DNA from: Rhodospirillaceae bacterium
GTDB taxonomy: Bacteria > Pseudomonadota > Alphaproteobacteria > Rhodospirillales > CALINB01
Length of the DNA stretch: 64,000 nucleotides
Assembly: GCA_038114465.1 (NCBI GenBank)
Contig: JAYNQW010000004.1
Location: forward strand, 89,528 to 153,527
Direction: 5' to 3'
The notes under the pieces were generated by a model that ran no database searches, was not told the origin of the DNA, and was given only the letters and a program-made list of their open reading frames with translations. Below are positions 19,262 through 29,719 of this stretch, piece after piece (positions within the stretch are counted from its first letter, which is position 1; every line of letters begins with the position of its first letter). A program made the position numbers and the translations under genes.

Positions 19262-20578
19262 TTACCGCTCGAGCATCGCCTTGTTGAATGAGCGTAAAAA
19301 CGGATCCAGTAAGTATTCCAATACCGTCCGTTTGCCAGTCTGAATGTTTGTTGTGACTTGCATACCGGGGAACAGTTGATACTTTAAATTCCCTCGCCTG
19401 AAATGGTCGCTTTTGGTTTCAATGCGGACCTTATAAAAAGGCTGGCCTTCCTCGGAAACCAGTGTATCCGGGCTGACTTGGACAACCTGCCCTGAAAGAT
19501 TGCCGTATCGCATGGCGTCGGCCGAAGCCAGCATCACCAGAGCCTGCTAGCCTTTACGCACATATCCAATATCTTGCGTCGGCAGCTTCGCTTCGATGAT
19601 CAGACGATCACCTGCCGGCACAATATCTACAACCGTAAATCCCGGTTTAAGGCCCCCCCCGACTGTCACCACATACAGTGTTTTCACCACACCATCGACA
19701 GGCGAACGCAGAACGGTTCGTTTCAGGTTATCTTCAAATTTTTGAATGCGCTGTAATAACTCATTGTAATTCAGCCGCGCTTCTTCGAGTTTTTTGCCCG
19801 TCTCAACAGCATGCTCGCTTTCGACGTTATCAAGCTTCGTCTGAGCTTCGTTCAAGGCAGATTTATTCCGTTCTAAAGTGGCAACATCTTCTTCAATTTT
19901 ACCCTGCATCTTGCTTCGGTCACGAAGCAGGTTCAAATGATTATAACGGTTTGTTAAATCATCTTTCAGCAAATCTTCGCTGATTTTAATTTGTTCGTTT
20001 AATAGCGACAAGCTGCGCCGTTGGTTTTTGATTCGTGCCGTTGTCTCTTTAATGTTTTGCCGCCGTTGTAAAACAACCTCTTTTTGACTGACGATATCGC
20101 TCTGGCGTTGACGTTTTCGTTTAGCGAATTGTTCTTTCGCCTGTTTCACGAGCAGGGGCTGACTTTTAGAAAGATCGTCGGGATATACCGGCTCTTTCAG
20201 CCCCGCCGCCTCGGCTTCCAACGATGCAATCGTCACTTGCAAAGAATTAAGTCGAACTCGCAGCTCACCAACGCCTGCCCCACTTGCCGTTGGCTCCAAT
20301 GTGATCAACGGCTGGCCTTTTTTTACGTGATCGCCTTCTCGAACGGCAATCTTTCGAACGATGCCGCCTTCGAGGTGCTGAATACTTTTTACCTGCGTCG
20401 AGGGAATGACCTCGCCGGTCGCCATACTGACGATATCAAGCTTTCCAATGGAGGCCCAAATAAAGAAGGATAAGCATAAAGCTACGCACAATCCCAAAAA
20501 TATATGGGTTGTTTTCGTGACATCATCTTCTTGGTCTTGAGCGGATGCCTGAATTTTTAATGATGGGTGGTCGTTCAT
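19262..20578 (-). pseudogene. HlyD-family type I secretion membrane-fusion protein interrupted by an in-frame TAG
   Basis: The 343-aa and 91-aa ORFs are in the same frame, separated by a single amber codon at 19547..19549 (...DIGYVRKG*QALVMLASADAMRYGNLSGQVVQV...). The joined product has the HlyD N-terminal TM, coiled coil and C-terminal LEYLLDPF ending. Confidence 0.8.
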
Positions 20579-22301
20579 TGTGCTGCTTCACCTGTACCGG
20601 GCTTGGCGGCTCCCGCCGCCGTCGGTTGTCCGGCTGTGGAGCCGGGTTCATTCTTGGGAGCATAATGGACTTTCGGAACGGGTTTACTATTAAGGTCAAT
20701 CGTTCCATGAGCCCCTTTTAATATTTTTGGATCATGTGTAATGGCGATAATGGTGTGCTTGCGCCGTGCTAGTTCGTTCATAACACCGTACAAGGCTGAA
20801 CAACCGTCTTGATCCAACCCCTCGGTAGGCTCATCCATGACAGCCAGGCGGCCACCCGTTGACAGGCCCCTGGCCAGCGCCAAACGCCGGCGAATACCAA
20901 GCGATAAATGACGCCCATCATGGGTAATGGGCGCTTCAAACCCTTTTTCGCTCTCATCAATAAAATGACGGAGTCCTGCCAAATCGATTACACGGTTCAA
21001 ACCGGCATTATCAATATCCGGATTGGCCACCCGAATATTTTCTTCGATGGTTGCATTTAAAAACGTGGGTTCCTGCGGAAGATAAATCACTTGCCGGCGC
21101 CACCATTCCGGCGTCACCTGGCGCAGCTCCAGGCCGTCGACCAGTATTTGCCCGCGTGTAGGCTCTAACAGCCCAACCAAGAGCCGGGCCAAGGTTGTTT
21201 TTCCGGTACCGTTTGAACCATTCACCACTAAAATTGCGCCGGGCTTTAAGTCGACCGTAAGCGATTCAAACAAAGGGTTGTTCGTGCTGGGATAAGCAAA
21301 TGACAAATCCCGTAATTCTAATGCGCCTTGATATTCGGCTTTAACCGAACCGCTGACAGGTTCCAAAGGAACACGGGAAAATTCAGCCAGCAAAGACAAG
21401 GACCGCTGTGCCTTAGCGAAAGTTTCACCGAGTTGAGACAATCGTGATATTGGCTGCAAAGCCCGCGCAGCTAAAATATTTGCACCGATCATCGCACCGA
21501 TATCCAATTTGCCTTGGACGACCAATGTCGCACCGACGGCAATTACGGCGACGCTCATCAATGCTGTCGCGGACTGGGTCACCGATTGAATGAGGCCCTG
21601 GCGCATGGCGATGTGCTGGCGCAAGCCTTGAGTGCGCTGTAGTTGTTTTTCCCAGGCTTGACGCAAAAATGAGCCGGCATTGAAAGCGCGGACAGTTTCA
21701 AACTCACGATTGGCCGTACTGACTAAACCGCTCGCTGAACCTGACGCTTCAATCAGGGCATCCGTCCCACTGCGCAATGAAGCCGCCATAACGGCACCAA
21801 AAATGAAGACACCGGCCAAAAAGATGATCACGATCCATGCAATTAGAGGGCTTAAAAAAAATAATGCGCCGACAAAGAGCAGAGAGAATGGAACATCAAG
21901 AACAACCGAAATATTCGCCGGCGCATAGGCCGTTTCGACAGCGGTCGCGCCATTAACGATTTCACGGCGAATGCCTTCAGGAATCCGTTGCAAGGCGACA
22001 GGCTTCGCTTGCGTCAGCACATGAAATCCGGAAATAGCAGCTTTTTGATCCGGGCTTTTACTTATTCCACGCGCCAGGCGCATGCGAAGTTGCCGGAAAA
22101 AAACTCCATGACCACGGCGATTAGAACGCCGGTTGTCAACGTGACCAATGTGGCGTTAACGCCATGTGCAACGTAACGGTTTAGAACTTGGATGACGAAT
22201 AACGGAGTCGCCAATGCCAATAGGTTTGCAAACACAGAAGCTATCAGAATTTCCGTCGCAATGACCGGATGGCTAAAAAGACGTTGATATAATTCCTTCA
22301 T
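20575..22301 (-). pseudogene. Type I secretion ABC transporter (PrtD/HasD-like, no C39 domain) with a frameshift
   Basis: The 79-aa N-terminal TM piece (22062..22301) and the 502-aa body (Walker A GSNGTGKT, signature LSLGIRRRL, Walker B LAVMDEP) are in different frames. Removing one base from the A7 run at 22097..22103 (T7 on the coding strand) joins them as ...VMEFFRQLRMRLARG... Confidence 0.8.
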
Positions 22302-22349
22302 TATTCGCTTTTCAAAAATTCTATTTGATCGCCGTTAAAAAAAACGTAT

Positions 22350-23024
22350 TTATTCTTCAAGCCACATCCGAATGAGATTGCCATAAACTTTTAACAGCAA
22401 GCCTTCTTCTTCTGATCCTGGATGCTTCTTGGTAATCATTTCACATGCTTTATTCATCTCAAATAACATTTGCCGGTGTGACACATCCCTAATCATACTT
22501 TGAATCCAGACGACGGAAGCAATTCGAACGCCGCTCGTCACTTTCTTAACTGTATGAAGTGTATTTGCCGGATAAACGATCGCATCACCCATTGGTAGCT
22601 TAAGCTCAGCATCGCCGACATCGGTTTTGACAAATAATTCACCCCCCTCATAACTTTCAGGGTCACTCAACAATACTGACACCGCGATATCGGAGCGCAC
22701 CATCGGGTCACTGCCCATGATGGGATTATCCGTATGAAAGCCGTAATACATGCCGGGTTCGTGACGGTTCACAATAGGCCGAGTCATTTTTGCCGGCATG
22801 CTAACAGCATTAACAGCCTCGCTATTCCAAAGCGCATCGAGAATCATTTTTTGCAATTCAGAAAATGACGCGGTCTTTTGAGCATCAACATGAAGGTTGT
22901 TTTTTACAAATTGCGCAGAAGGACCGGCCGTCTTCTTACCTTCGATGTATTTCGCACCGTCGATAATTTCTTTTGCTTTTTTTAGCTGCTCTTGATTGAG
23001 TAATTTTTGAACATGCAAAAACAT
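22350..23024 (-). CDS. PKHD-type Fe(II)/2-oxoglutarate hydroxylase (PiuC/YbiX-like), intact
   Basis: 224 aa. YYGFHTDNP (H-x-D) and YPANTLHTV distal His. It lies inside the T1SS operon, between the OMP and ABC genes. Confidence 0.75.
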   Translation of the reverse strand: MFLHVQKLLNQEQLKKAKEIIDGAKYIEGKKTAGPSAQFVKNNLHVDAQKTASFSELQKMILDALWNSEAVNAVSMPAKMTRPIVNRHEPGMYYGFHTDNPIMGSDPMVRSDIAVSVLLSDPESYEGGELFVKTDVGDAELKLPMGDAIVYPANTLHTVKKVTSGVRIASVVWIQSMIRDVSHRQMLFEMNKACEMITKKHPGSEEEGLLLKVYGNLIRMWLEE

Positions 23025-23117
23025 CTTTGGCTCCGAGCTGTAACGCGTTAACGGCTCCTGATTATAAGGGCTTTATAAGTAAACAAAGCGGATACAGTGT
23101 GACAAATTAATTCCGCA

Positions 23118-24447
23118 CTATTGTGCCGGTTTCGCAGGCCGCATAACTGCCTTAGCTGCCAATTTGCCCATGACAGCAAGAAGCGTAAACGCAGCAATAT
23201 CAACATCCCGCTCGGCCGACGCGGCATCACTCTCCGCGTTTACGAGGTTTGTCTCGCCGTTTAGTACATCCAACAAAGACCGCTTGCCCAATTTACGTTC
23301 TTTGCGAGCTAAGGTTAAAAATTCCGCCGCAATATTTGCCTGATTTCGCAATAACATGGCATTTTCACGTGCTGTATTTAAATTATCCCATGCATCACGA
23401 ACCTGTTGTTCAACTTTCCCCTTTGCATCGACATAACGGCCGGTCGCTGAATCAGCGCCTCTTTTTGATGCCCGAAGCGAATTTACGGCCGTAAAGCCGA
23501 GATTGAAGGGGTAAATAAATTGCACCATGCTGAGAAAGTCTTGTTCCCCACCCTAAAGTACCGCCGACATCCTTAGCAACTTTTGACTGCAATACTGCTT
23601 GAAACCGGGGGAAAAATTCATTTGCCCGCGTTAGATTGACATCTTCTTTCGAAATCAAGCTGGCAAAATGCGCGGCTTGCAGTTGCGGATTATGATCCAA
23701 TGCAATTGCAATAGCTTCCTTAATGCTTGAAGGCAACATATCACCGGGGAAGGCCGGTTTTACGAGTCCTTGATAACCAGGCGGTTCGGATTCAAAAACT
23801 TCCCGGTAGGCGTTGCGGGCAACCTTAAGATCACCATTGGCACGAACGCGGCGGGCTTGAGCACCGGCTAGCTGAACCTTCGCCTGCAAGACATCTGTCG
23901 ACAGCCCAGCGCCGCGTTTGACAAGGGCGTCTTCAAGTTCTGATTGCTTTTTGATGTTCTGTTCAGATTTCTGTGAAAACGAAAGAACATCATACGTACG
24001 GATCATATTGAGGTAAGCCGTAACGGATTGCAGTAACCGGTTTTGAATGGCTGCTGACAAGTTTGCGTTGGCTTGATCCATCGTCAAGCTCGCGGTGCAC
24101 ACTTGAGCATTCGTTGAGCCGAAATCCCATAAAAGCTGTGTAATGCTGAGATCTAATTGGCGGGTCGGCGCACGCGTATCAGCGCCGGGCTGAATTTGGC
24201 GTTCGTAGCCATATTGTGCATCGACATTTAACTGCGGGAACCAACCACCTAAAGCGACACGCGTCCGCTCACGCGCGGCGACCATGTCGGCTCTGGCAGC
24301 GTTGACCAAGTCATCTTTCTTCAAAAGACCCGGCACAAGTTCAGACAACGGTTTCGCCTGCGCAGAAACGCTTAAAAAAATTAAAGCTAAACCGGTTGCC
24401 AGCAAGCTTCGGTAGAAACTCGCTAAACCATTGGTAAATGTGGACAT
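23118..24447 (-). pseudogene. TolC-family type I secretion outer-membrane protein with a frameshift
   Basis: The N-terminal 331-aa ORF has a signal peptide (...LSVSAQA) and TolC repeats. The C-terminal 136-aa ORF is in another frame. TolC-like sequence switches frame near the G/C runs at about 23540..23556 (GGGTGGGG on the coding strand). Confidence 0.75.
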
Positions 24448-24702
24448 TTCCCGCCCTTATCGTAACGACACGGCACTGTACCACGGTATGCAATATTCAA
24501 AATATACGTAAAACCCACAAATTCCTTACTTTTATGAAATCGTGTTGCATTTCTACAACATCCTGAAATTGCACCACCAATTATGATACAAGCAATTGAT
24601 ATATAACAGGATTTTTTGCGACCGCCTTAGCGAAATACTAAATGCAACCTGACAGGGCTAGTCTCGGTCTCGAATCATACAAATTAGCTGCCCATCGAAA
24701 AT

Positions 24703-25719
24703 TTATAGCGTTCCCCATAATTGCGAATCGCGGTCTTCATCGCGCCAGACACCGGCTTCTTTACGCTCCTGGCGCCGCTTCGCGTGCCATCCTTTATAGG
24801 GCACATAATTGGGGTTCGACGGGGTATCGCTTTCAAGCATTTGCCGCGCAAGTTTCTTCGAGATCGGTTTGGGATTATCGCGCACGGAATAACCCCATCC
24901 TTTTAACAACGGACCAACAACGGCCTCTAAGGCTTCGCAATCACGGTCAGAAAGCCGTGTCTTATACATTTCACAATAATCGGTCGTAATCGGCTTCAAA
25001 ATGCTTGCGTGCAATGCATCGCCCCCACCCCAGTTTTTGGCCGAGTCCGACTGATGATGGTTCAGCATTTGCGGCGAATACTCTTCGCCAAGGAATTCAC
25101 AGAGCTTTCTTAATTCCTCTTCCGGCGCAGCACACAATTTTTCATAATGAATTTCATAATAAGAATTTGAATCCAGTTCCGCGCCTGATTCTTTAGCCGC
25201 CGAAACAAACATTTCCCACATTTGAGCGCCCGAATAAAGCGAGTAAGGCCAAAGCCGCGAGTCCGCAATATCAATTGCCATGTCCCGGCCATCTCGAATG
25301 ATATGTACAAACTGAGCGTCGGGGTAATCAGACTTAATCTCCTCCATCCAAAAACAGTTGCGAGGCGTCTTTTCACCCCAACGGGATTTTCCTGTGTCAC
25401 GCGCGTACTTACGGTGCAAAGCATCATAAAGCCCGGCAAACGATGGATCGGCCGATTCTTCAACCATTTCATCGGCCGATAACTGAGACGTCCAATCTTT
25501 GATGGATGGTGCCGCGAGAATATCTTCCGCCAGTGCTTTTAAATTAGCCTTATTGTTTAAATCGCCGTAGCTATAAAGATAAGGCCTCACCATTTCATAA
25601 AGCCATGCTGGCGACGGGACACCGATTCGCGGATGCGCATCCAAGATCAGCCGCATGAGCGTTGAGCCCGACCGGGGGGCACTCACAACAAAGATAGGTT
25701 TTTCACCAGTTACGGGCAT
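24703..25719 (-). CDS. Sulfotransferase family protein
   Basis: 338 aa from the ATG at 25719. PAPS 5'-phosphosulfate-binding loop VVSAPRSGSTLMRLILD. Confidence 0.75.
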   Translation of the reverse strand: MPVTGEKPIFVVSAPRSGSTLMRLILDAHPRIGVPSPAWLYEMVRPYLYSYGDLNNKANLKALAEDILAAPSIKDWTSQLSADEMVEESADPSFAGLYDALHRKYARDTGKSRWGEKTPRNCFWMEEIKSDYPDAQFVHIIRDGRDMAIDIADSRLWPYSLYSGAQMWEMFVSAAKESGAELDSNSYYEIHYEKLCAAPEEELRKLCEFLGEEYSPQMLNHHQSDSAKNWGGGDALHASILKPITTDYCEMYKTRLSDRDCEALEAVVGPLLKGWGYSVRDNPKPISKKLARQMLESDTPSNPNYVPYKGWHAKRRQERKEAGVWRDEDRDSQLWGTL

Positions 25720-25823
25720 TCGAATTCGTCCTCTCTGAGCCGGGTTGATTGCATAAGAATTTAGCGTTACCACCATTATAGCCACAGCATGGAAAAAACC
25801 AAATCGAGTCTAGGATCGTTGTT

Positions 25824-26009
25824 TTGACGTCAACAGATTCTTCTCAAACACGATGGCGGTGCCCTCTCTGTCACCGATTTGCCGAACCCATAGACGTGCA
25901 CGGCCATGTCCAATGCGGCTCATGCGGGCAAAACGCCGACCCCTGCTGTAGCGGGGAAACGGCTTACTGCACAACATTGAAACCGTCCGGGCTTCAAATC
26001 AAAGATTAA
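25824..26009 (+). CDS. Possible small Cys-rich (zinc-ribbon-like) protein
   Basis: 61 aa with a TTG start and no clear SD. C-P-L-C ... C-G-S-C spacing suggests a 4-Cys ribbon. Support is weak. Confidence 0.25.
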   Translation: MTSTDSSQTRWRCPLCHRFAEPIDVHGHVQCGSCGQNADPCCSGETAYCTTLKPSGLQIKD

Positions 26010-26105
26010 ATATCCTCACCTTCCTACATTCCATTTGACCCATTCTGTTCGCGTGATCACACTGCGGTATGCGATAGTTTTAATTTTTTCACAGGGAGAA
26101 TTACC

Positions 26106-26486
26106 ATGGATCAAGCAATGTTTGAGAAAGGCCTTTCCGTTCGCCGTAGTGTATTAGGCAATGATTATGTCGATGCCCGTATGGCCGAACTGGACGATTT
26201 CAGCCGCGACCTAAATCAGCTCGTCACTTCCTATGCTTGGGGTGAAGTTTGGGACCGCCCGGGGCTTCCAAAAAAAGTACGCAGCATGCTTTGTCTGGCT
26301 ATGCTCAGCGCACTAAACCGGCCCCATGAAATTAAAACGCACCTCCGGGGCGCCCTCAATAACGGCCTGACAAAAGACGAAATCAAAGAGGTCTTTCTTC
26401 AGGTTGCCGTGTATTGCGGTGCACCGGCGGCTGTCGACAGCTTTCGGATTGCCCGGCAATTCTTCGCCGAACAAGACGATTGTTAA
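26106..26486 (+). CDS. Carboxymuconolactone decarboxylase family protein (PcaC-like)
   Basis: 126 aa. YAWGEVWDRPGLPKKVRSMLCLAMLSALNRPHEIKTHLRGALNNGLTKDEIKEV is typical of gamma-CMD proteins. Confidence 0.8.
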   Translation: MDQAMFEKGLSVRRSVLGNDYVDARMAELDDFSRDLNQLVTSYAWGEVWDRPGLPKKVRSMLCLAMLSALNRPHEIKTHLRGALNNGLTKDEIKEVFLQVAVYCGAPAAVDSFRIARQFFAEQDDC

Positions 26487-26648
26487 GATTTAAGCGCTTT
26501 TCAATTCATCCCTAGACAAACAGGGATTCGACCCCATTTAATAAGGATTGTCGGATATGAGGCATTGCGTGCATATTTGATTTTTGGGCACCCCATATCC
26601 CAATGTCGCTGAAGGATTGCGAAAAGAACGAATAGAGGACTGAGAACC

Positions 26649-27479
26649 ATGTTTATTCAAACGGAAACGACGTCAAACCCGGCAACGCTCAAATTCTTAC
26701 CCGGAGACACCGTCATGCCCAGTGGATCGGCTGCATTTGCCAACACTGAAAATGCCGAAAATTCACCATTGGCAAAACGGTTGTTTGAAATCGACGGCGT
26801 CGTTCGTGTTCTATTGGAATCCGAATCGATCTCAATTAACAAAGCCGAAGACAAGGATTGGGATATTCTAAAACCGGCCATTCTTGGCGCTATTATGGAT
26901 CATTACACATCCGGCGATCAGGTCGTGACGGATGACGCCAACAATTCCGATAATAATAGCACCGATGGTGCCAGCAGCGAGATCATTGGCAAGATTGAAG
27001 AGCTCATTGAAACACGCATCCGCCCTGCAACATCACAGGGAGGCGGCGATGTTATCTTCCGCGAATTCAAAGACGGTATCGTTTATCTGGAGATGTTGGG
27101 TTCCGCAATCGGCCTGCAAGCTGGCATTGAAAATATGCTCCGGCATTACATCCCTGAAGTTCAAGGCGTAAGAGACTATCGTGATAATATTCCGAAACCG
27201 GGATTGGAAACGCCTCTCGCGGCTGCCGTACAAACTGTTTTGGATGAGAAAATCAATCCTGCCGTCGCATCCCATGGCGGGCATATCTCCTTAATCGATG
27301 TTCAGGAAAGCACGGCCTACATCCGCCTTGAAGGCGGCTGCCAGGGCTGCGGCATGGCCAATGTCACGCTCAAAGAAGGCGTCGAAAAAGAAATTCTAGC
27401 CTCTGTGCCGGGCATTACGACTGTCTTGGATTCGACGGATCACGCTTCCGGCAATAATCCGTATTATTCCGGCAGCTAA
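26649..27479 (+). CDS. Nfu/NifU-type Fe-S scaffold, three-domain variant
   Basis: 276 aa. Nfu_N domain (MFIQTETTSNPATLKFLPG), a middle NifU-like domain without a CxxC (GGGDVIFREFKDGIVYLEMLGSAIG), and a C-terminal NfuA-like domain with GGCQGCGMANVTLKEGVE. Confidence 0.75.
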   Translation: MFIQTETTSNPATLKFLPGDTVMPSGSAAFANTENAENSPLAKRLFEIDGVVRVLLESESISINKAEDKDWDILKPAILGAIMDHYTSGDQVVTDDANNSDNNSTDGASSEIIGKIEELIETRIRPATSQGGGDVIFREFKDGIVYLEMLGSAIGLQAGIENMLRHYIPEVQGVRDYRDNIPKPGLETPLAAAVQTVLDEKINPAVASHGGHISLIDVQESTAYIRLEGGCQGCGMANVTLKEGVEKEILASVPGITTVLDSTDHASGNNPYYSGS

Positions 27480-27489
27480 TTAATAGAGA

Positions 27490-29022
27490 TTACTCTTTGA
27501 GTGTCGCGCCCGTAGCGGCGTCCTCTCTCTTCGACTGATAAGCCCGCCAGAAGCCATAAGCGGCCGTTGCAATCGCCATGGCCATAATCACCACCGCTAT
27601 GGGACGGGTCATGACAGCCATTAAATCGCCCTGATGAATTGTGAGCGCTTTATTGAAGTTGCCCTCGACAATCGGTCCCATAACGAAGGCCAGCACGATT
27701 GGCACCGTCGGGATATCGATCTTTTCAAAGTAGTACGCCATCGCGGACATAATCAGCACCATGACAACATGTGCCCAGTAATTCGAATAAGCATAGGTGC
27801 CGATCAAAATCATAATCATGACGAAGGGACCGAGGATACGCCGCGGCACTTTGGCAATCGGACCCCAGACACGCATGCCGACGAGACCGACAAACAGAAG
27901 CATAAAGTTACAAACAATTAATCCGATAAAGATGGCCAGAACCAGCGACGTGCTTTCTTTAAAGAGCAACGGTCCCGGCACGATGCCTTTTGTTACCAAA
28001 ACACCGATGAGAATAGCTGCCGTACCTGAACCGGGGATACCCAACGATAACGACGGCACCAACGTTCCGGCAACAACGGCATTGTTTGCCGATTCGGGGG
28101 CTGCAACACCTTCGACAATCCCCGTACCCATAAGATGACGGCGCTTTGACCAGCGTTTTTCTTCGTTATAGGCAATGAGTGAACCAACCGATGCCCCCGC
28201 ACCTGGGATGGCGCCAATGGCGGTACCGATCAGGCTGTTACGAATCCATGTCGGGATCAGAAGTTTCACTTCTTCACCGGTAATTCTGTTGTTTTCCTTT
28301 TCTGCCGTTAGATCGGCAACTTGGCCTTTTTCAATTGTTTTACGATGATCAATGAGGAGCCGGAAGGCTTCCGGACCCGCCAAGAGCCCAATGACGATAA
28401 CGACCAACGGAAGTCCGTCCATGAGCGGTCCAAGGTCAAAGGTAAACCGCATCCCGCCGAAGCCTGAGCTGCCAATAGTTGCTAAAAAGAGGCCGATACC
28501 GGCGGCCAAAAACCCTTTTGCCGGGTCCTTGCCGAAAAAAGAACCGATGATCGAGATCCCGAACACGCCCAAGGCAAACATTTCGCCGGGGCCGAATTTC
28601 AAGGCGATATTCGCCAGTGCAACACCGGAAACGATAAAAATGAGTGTACTGGATAAACCACCGATGACACCGGAAAACAACGACACTTTCAGCGCCTTTA
28701 ACGCTTTGCCCTGTTGGGTCATCGTGTAGCCGTCCAAGACGGTCACAGCCCCTGCGGGTGTACCTGGCGTTCGAATAAGAATTGCCGGGATAGAGCCACC
28801 GTATTCAGCGGCAGAATACACCGCGACACAAAACAAAATTGCGTCCGGCGCCGACATGACAAAGGTTATTGGGAATAATAAGGCCAACGATTGCGAACTG
28901 CCGAAACCCGGCAATGCGCCAAGAATGATACCTAGAATAACACCGCCGAATAAGGCGACTAATGATACCGGACCGAATACCAATCCTGCCGCCGGTCCAA
29001 TGTGAGAGAAAAAACCTTCCAT
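27490..29022 (-). CDS. tctA: Tripartite tricarboxylate transporter large permease
   Basis: 510-aa polytopic membrane protein downstream of the tctC and tctB homologs. Confidence 0.85.
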   Translation of the reverse strand: MEGFFSHIGPAAGLVFGPVSLVALFGGVILGIILGALPGFGSSQSLALLFPITFVMSAPDAILFCVAVYSAAEYGGSIPAILIRTPGTPAGAVTVLDGYTMTQQGKALKALKVSLFSGVIGGLSSTLIFIVSGVALANIALKFGPGEMFALGVFGISIIGSFFGKDPAKGFLAAGIGLFLATIGSSGFGGMRFTFDLGPLMDGLPLVVIVIGLLAGPEAFRLLIDHRKTIEKGQVADLTAEKENNRITGEEVKLLIPTWIRNSLIGTAIGAIPGAGASVGSLIAYNEEKRWSKRRHLMGTGIVEGVAAPESANNAVVAGTLVPSLSLGIPGSGTAAILIGVLVTKGIVPGPLLFKESTSLVLAIFIGLIVCNFMLLFVGLVGMRVWGPIAKVPRRILGPFVMIMILIGTYAYSNYWAHVVMVLIMSAMAYYFEKIDIPTVPIVLAFVMGPIVEGNFNKALTIHQGDLMAVMTRPIAVVIMAMAIATAAYGFWRAYQSKREDAATGATLKE

Positions 29023-29040
29023 CAGAAACCTTTCATCGCC

Positions 29041-29550
29041 TTAAAAAAATTCGATGTGATTTGTGAGAATCTTCACCGGAAATGCGACATTCAATAAAAT
29101 GACAAATGAGAAGTAGAAAAACAGCGAAACAACCAGCGACAACAAGCCGACCTTAATGATCCGTGTCTTGAGTTTATCAAACCACCGGGTGATCAATAAA
29201 ATAAACATGAAAAGAAATGTGCAGGCCTCAAATCCAAGCACGGGCAACAAAAATATAAAGGCCAGGACTAAAGCAATGATATACGTAAATTGAACAAGGT
29301 CGATTGTTACTGTTTCACCTTCACCGGAAGCCACAGAGCCGCCAAAGAATAATTCTTTACCCCGGCGAAAAATAATGGATGCGCAAAAAAACAGCGAAAA
29401 GCCCAAAACAATACGGGGGAAAAAAGCATCGCCCGGATAACCCGGCAACATTGAAGGCGGAAAAGTGCTTGTATAATAAAACAAATATCCAAGCCCAATG
29501 GTGATCAGTAACACTGATACAAAATCAGCCGTTCCTTTTTGAAGAGTCAT
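29041..29550 (-). CDS. tctB: Tripartite tricarboxylate transporter small membrane subunit
   Basis: 169-aa protein with 4 TM segments, between tctC and tctA. Confidence 0.7.
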   Translation of the reverse strand: MTLQKGTADFVSVLLITIGLGYLFYYTSTFPPSMLPGYPGDAFFPRIVLGFSLFFCASIIFRRGKELFFGGSVASGEGETVTIDLVQFTYIIALVLAFIFLLPVLGFEACTFLFMFILLITRWFDKLKTRIIKVGLLSLVVSLFFYFSFVILLNVAFPVKILTNHIEFF

Positions 29551-29719
29551 GACAAACCCGATTGCTGGTTAAACAAACAAAGACTTTATCTTGAACATAT
29601 GAGTGATAAAGAAACCACCCGGTTGGTTCGCAGAGAATACTACGGCCTACCGGGTGGTTCAATCTTTGGTCATCTCTTGACGCATCATTTTAGCGTTCAA
29701 GAAATAGAAACGATCGTGA

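Noticed and set aside
19547-19549. The in-frame TAG in the HlyD-family gene read as a recoded codon (pyrrolysine or programmed read-through)
   Set aside because: No pyl genes or other in-frame TAGs were seen in the window. The two neighbouring genes of the same operon carry frameshifts, so a simple nonsense mutation or sequencing error is far more likely.
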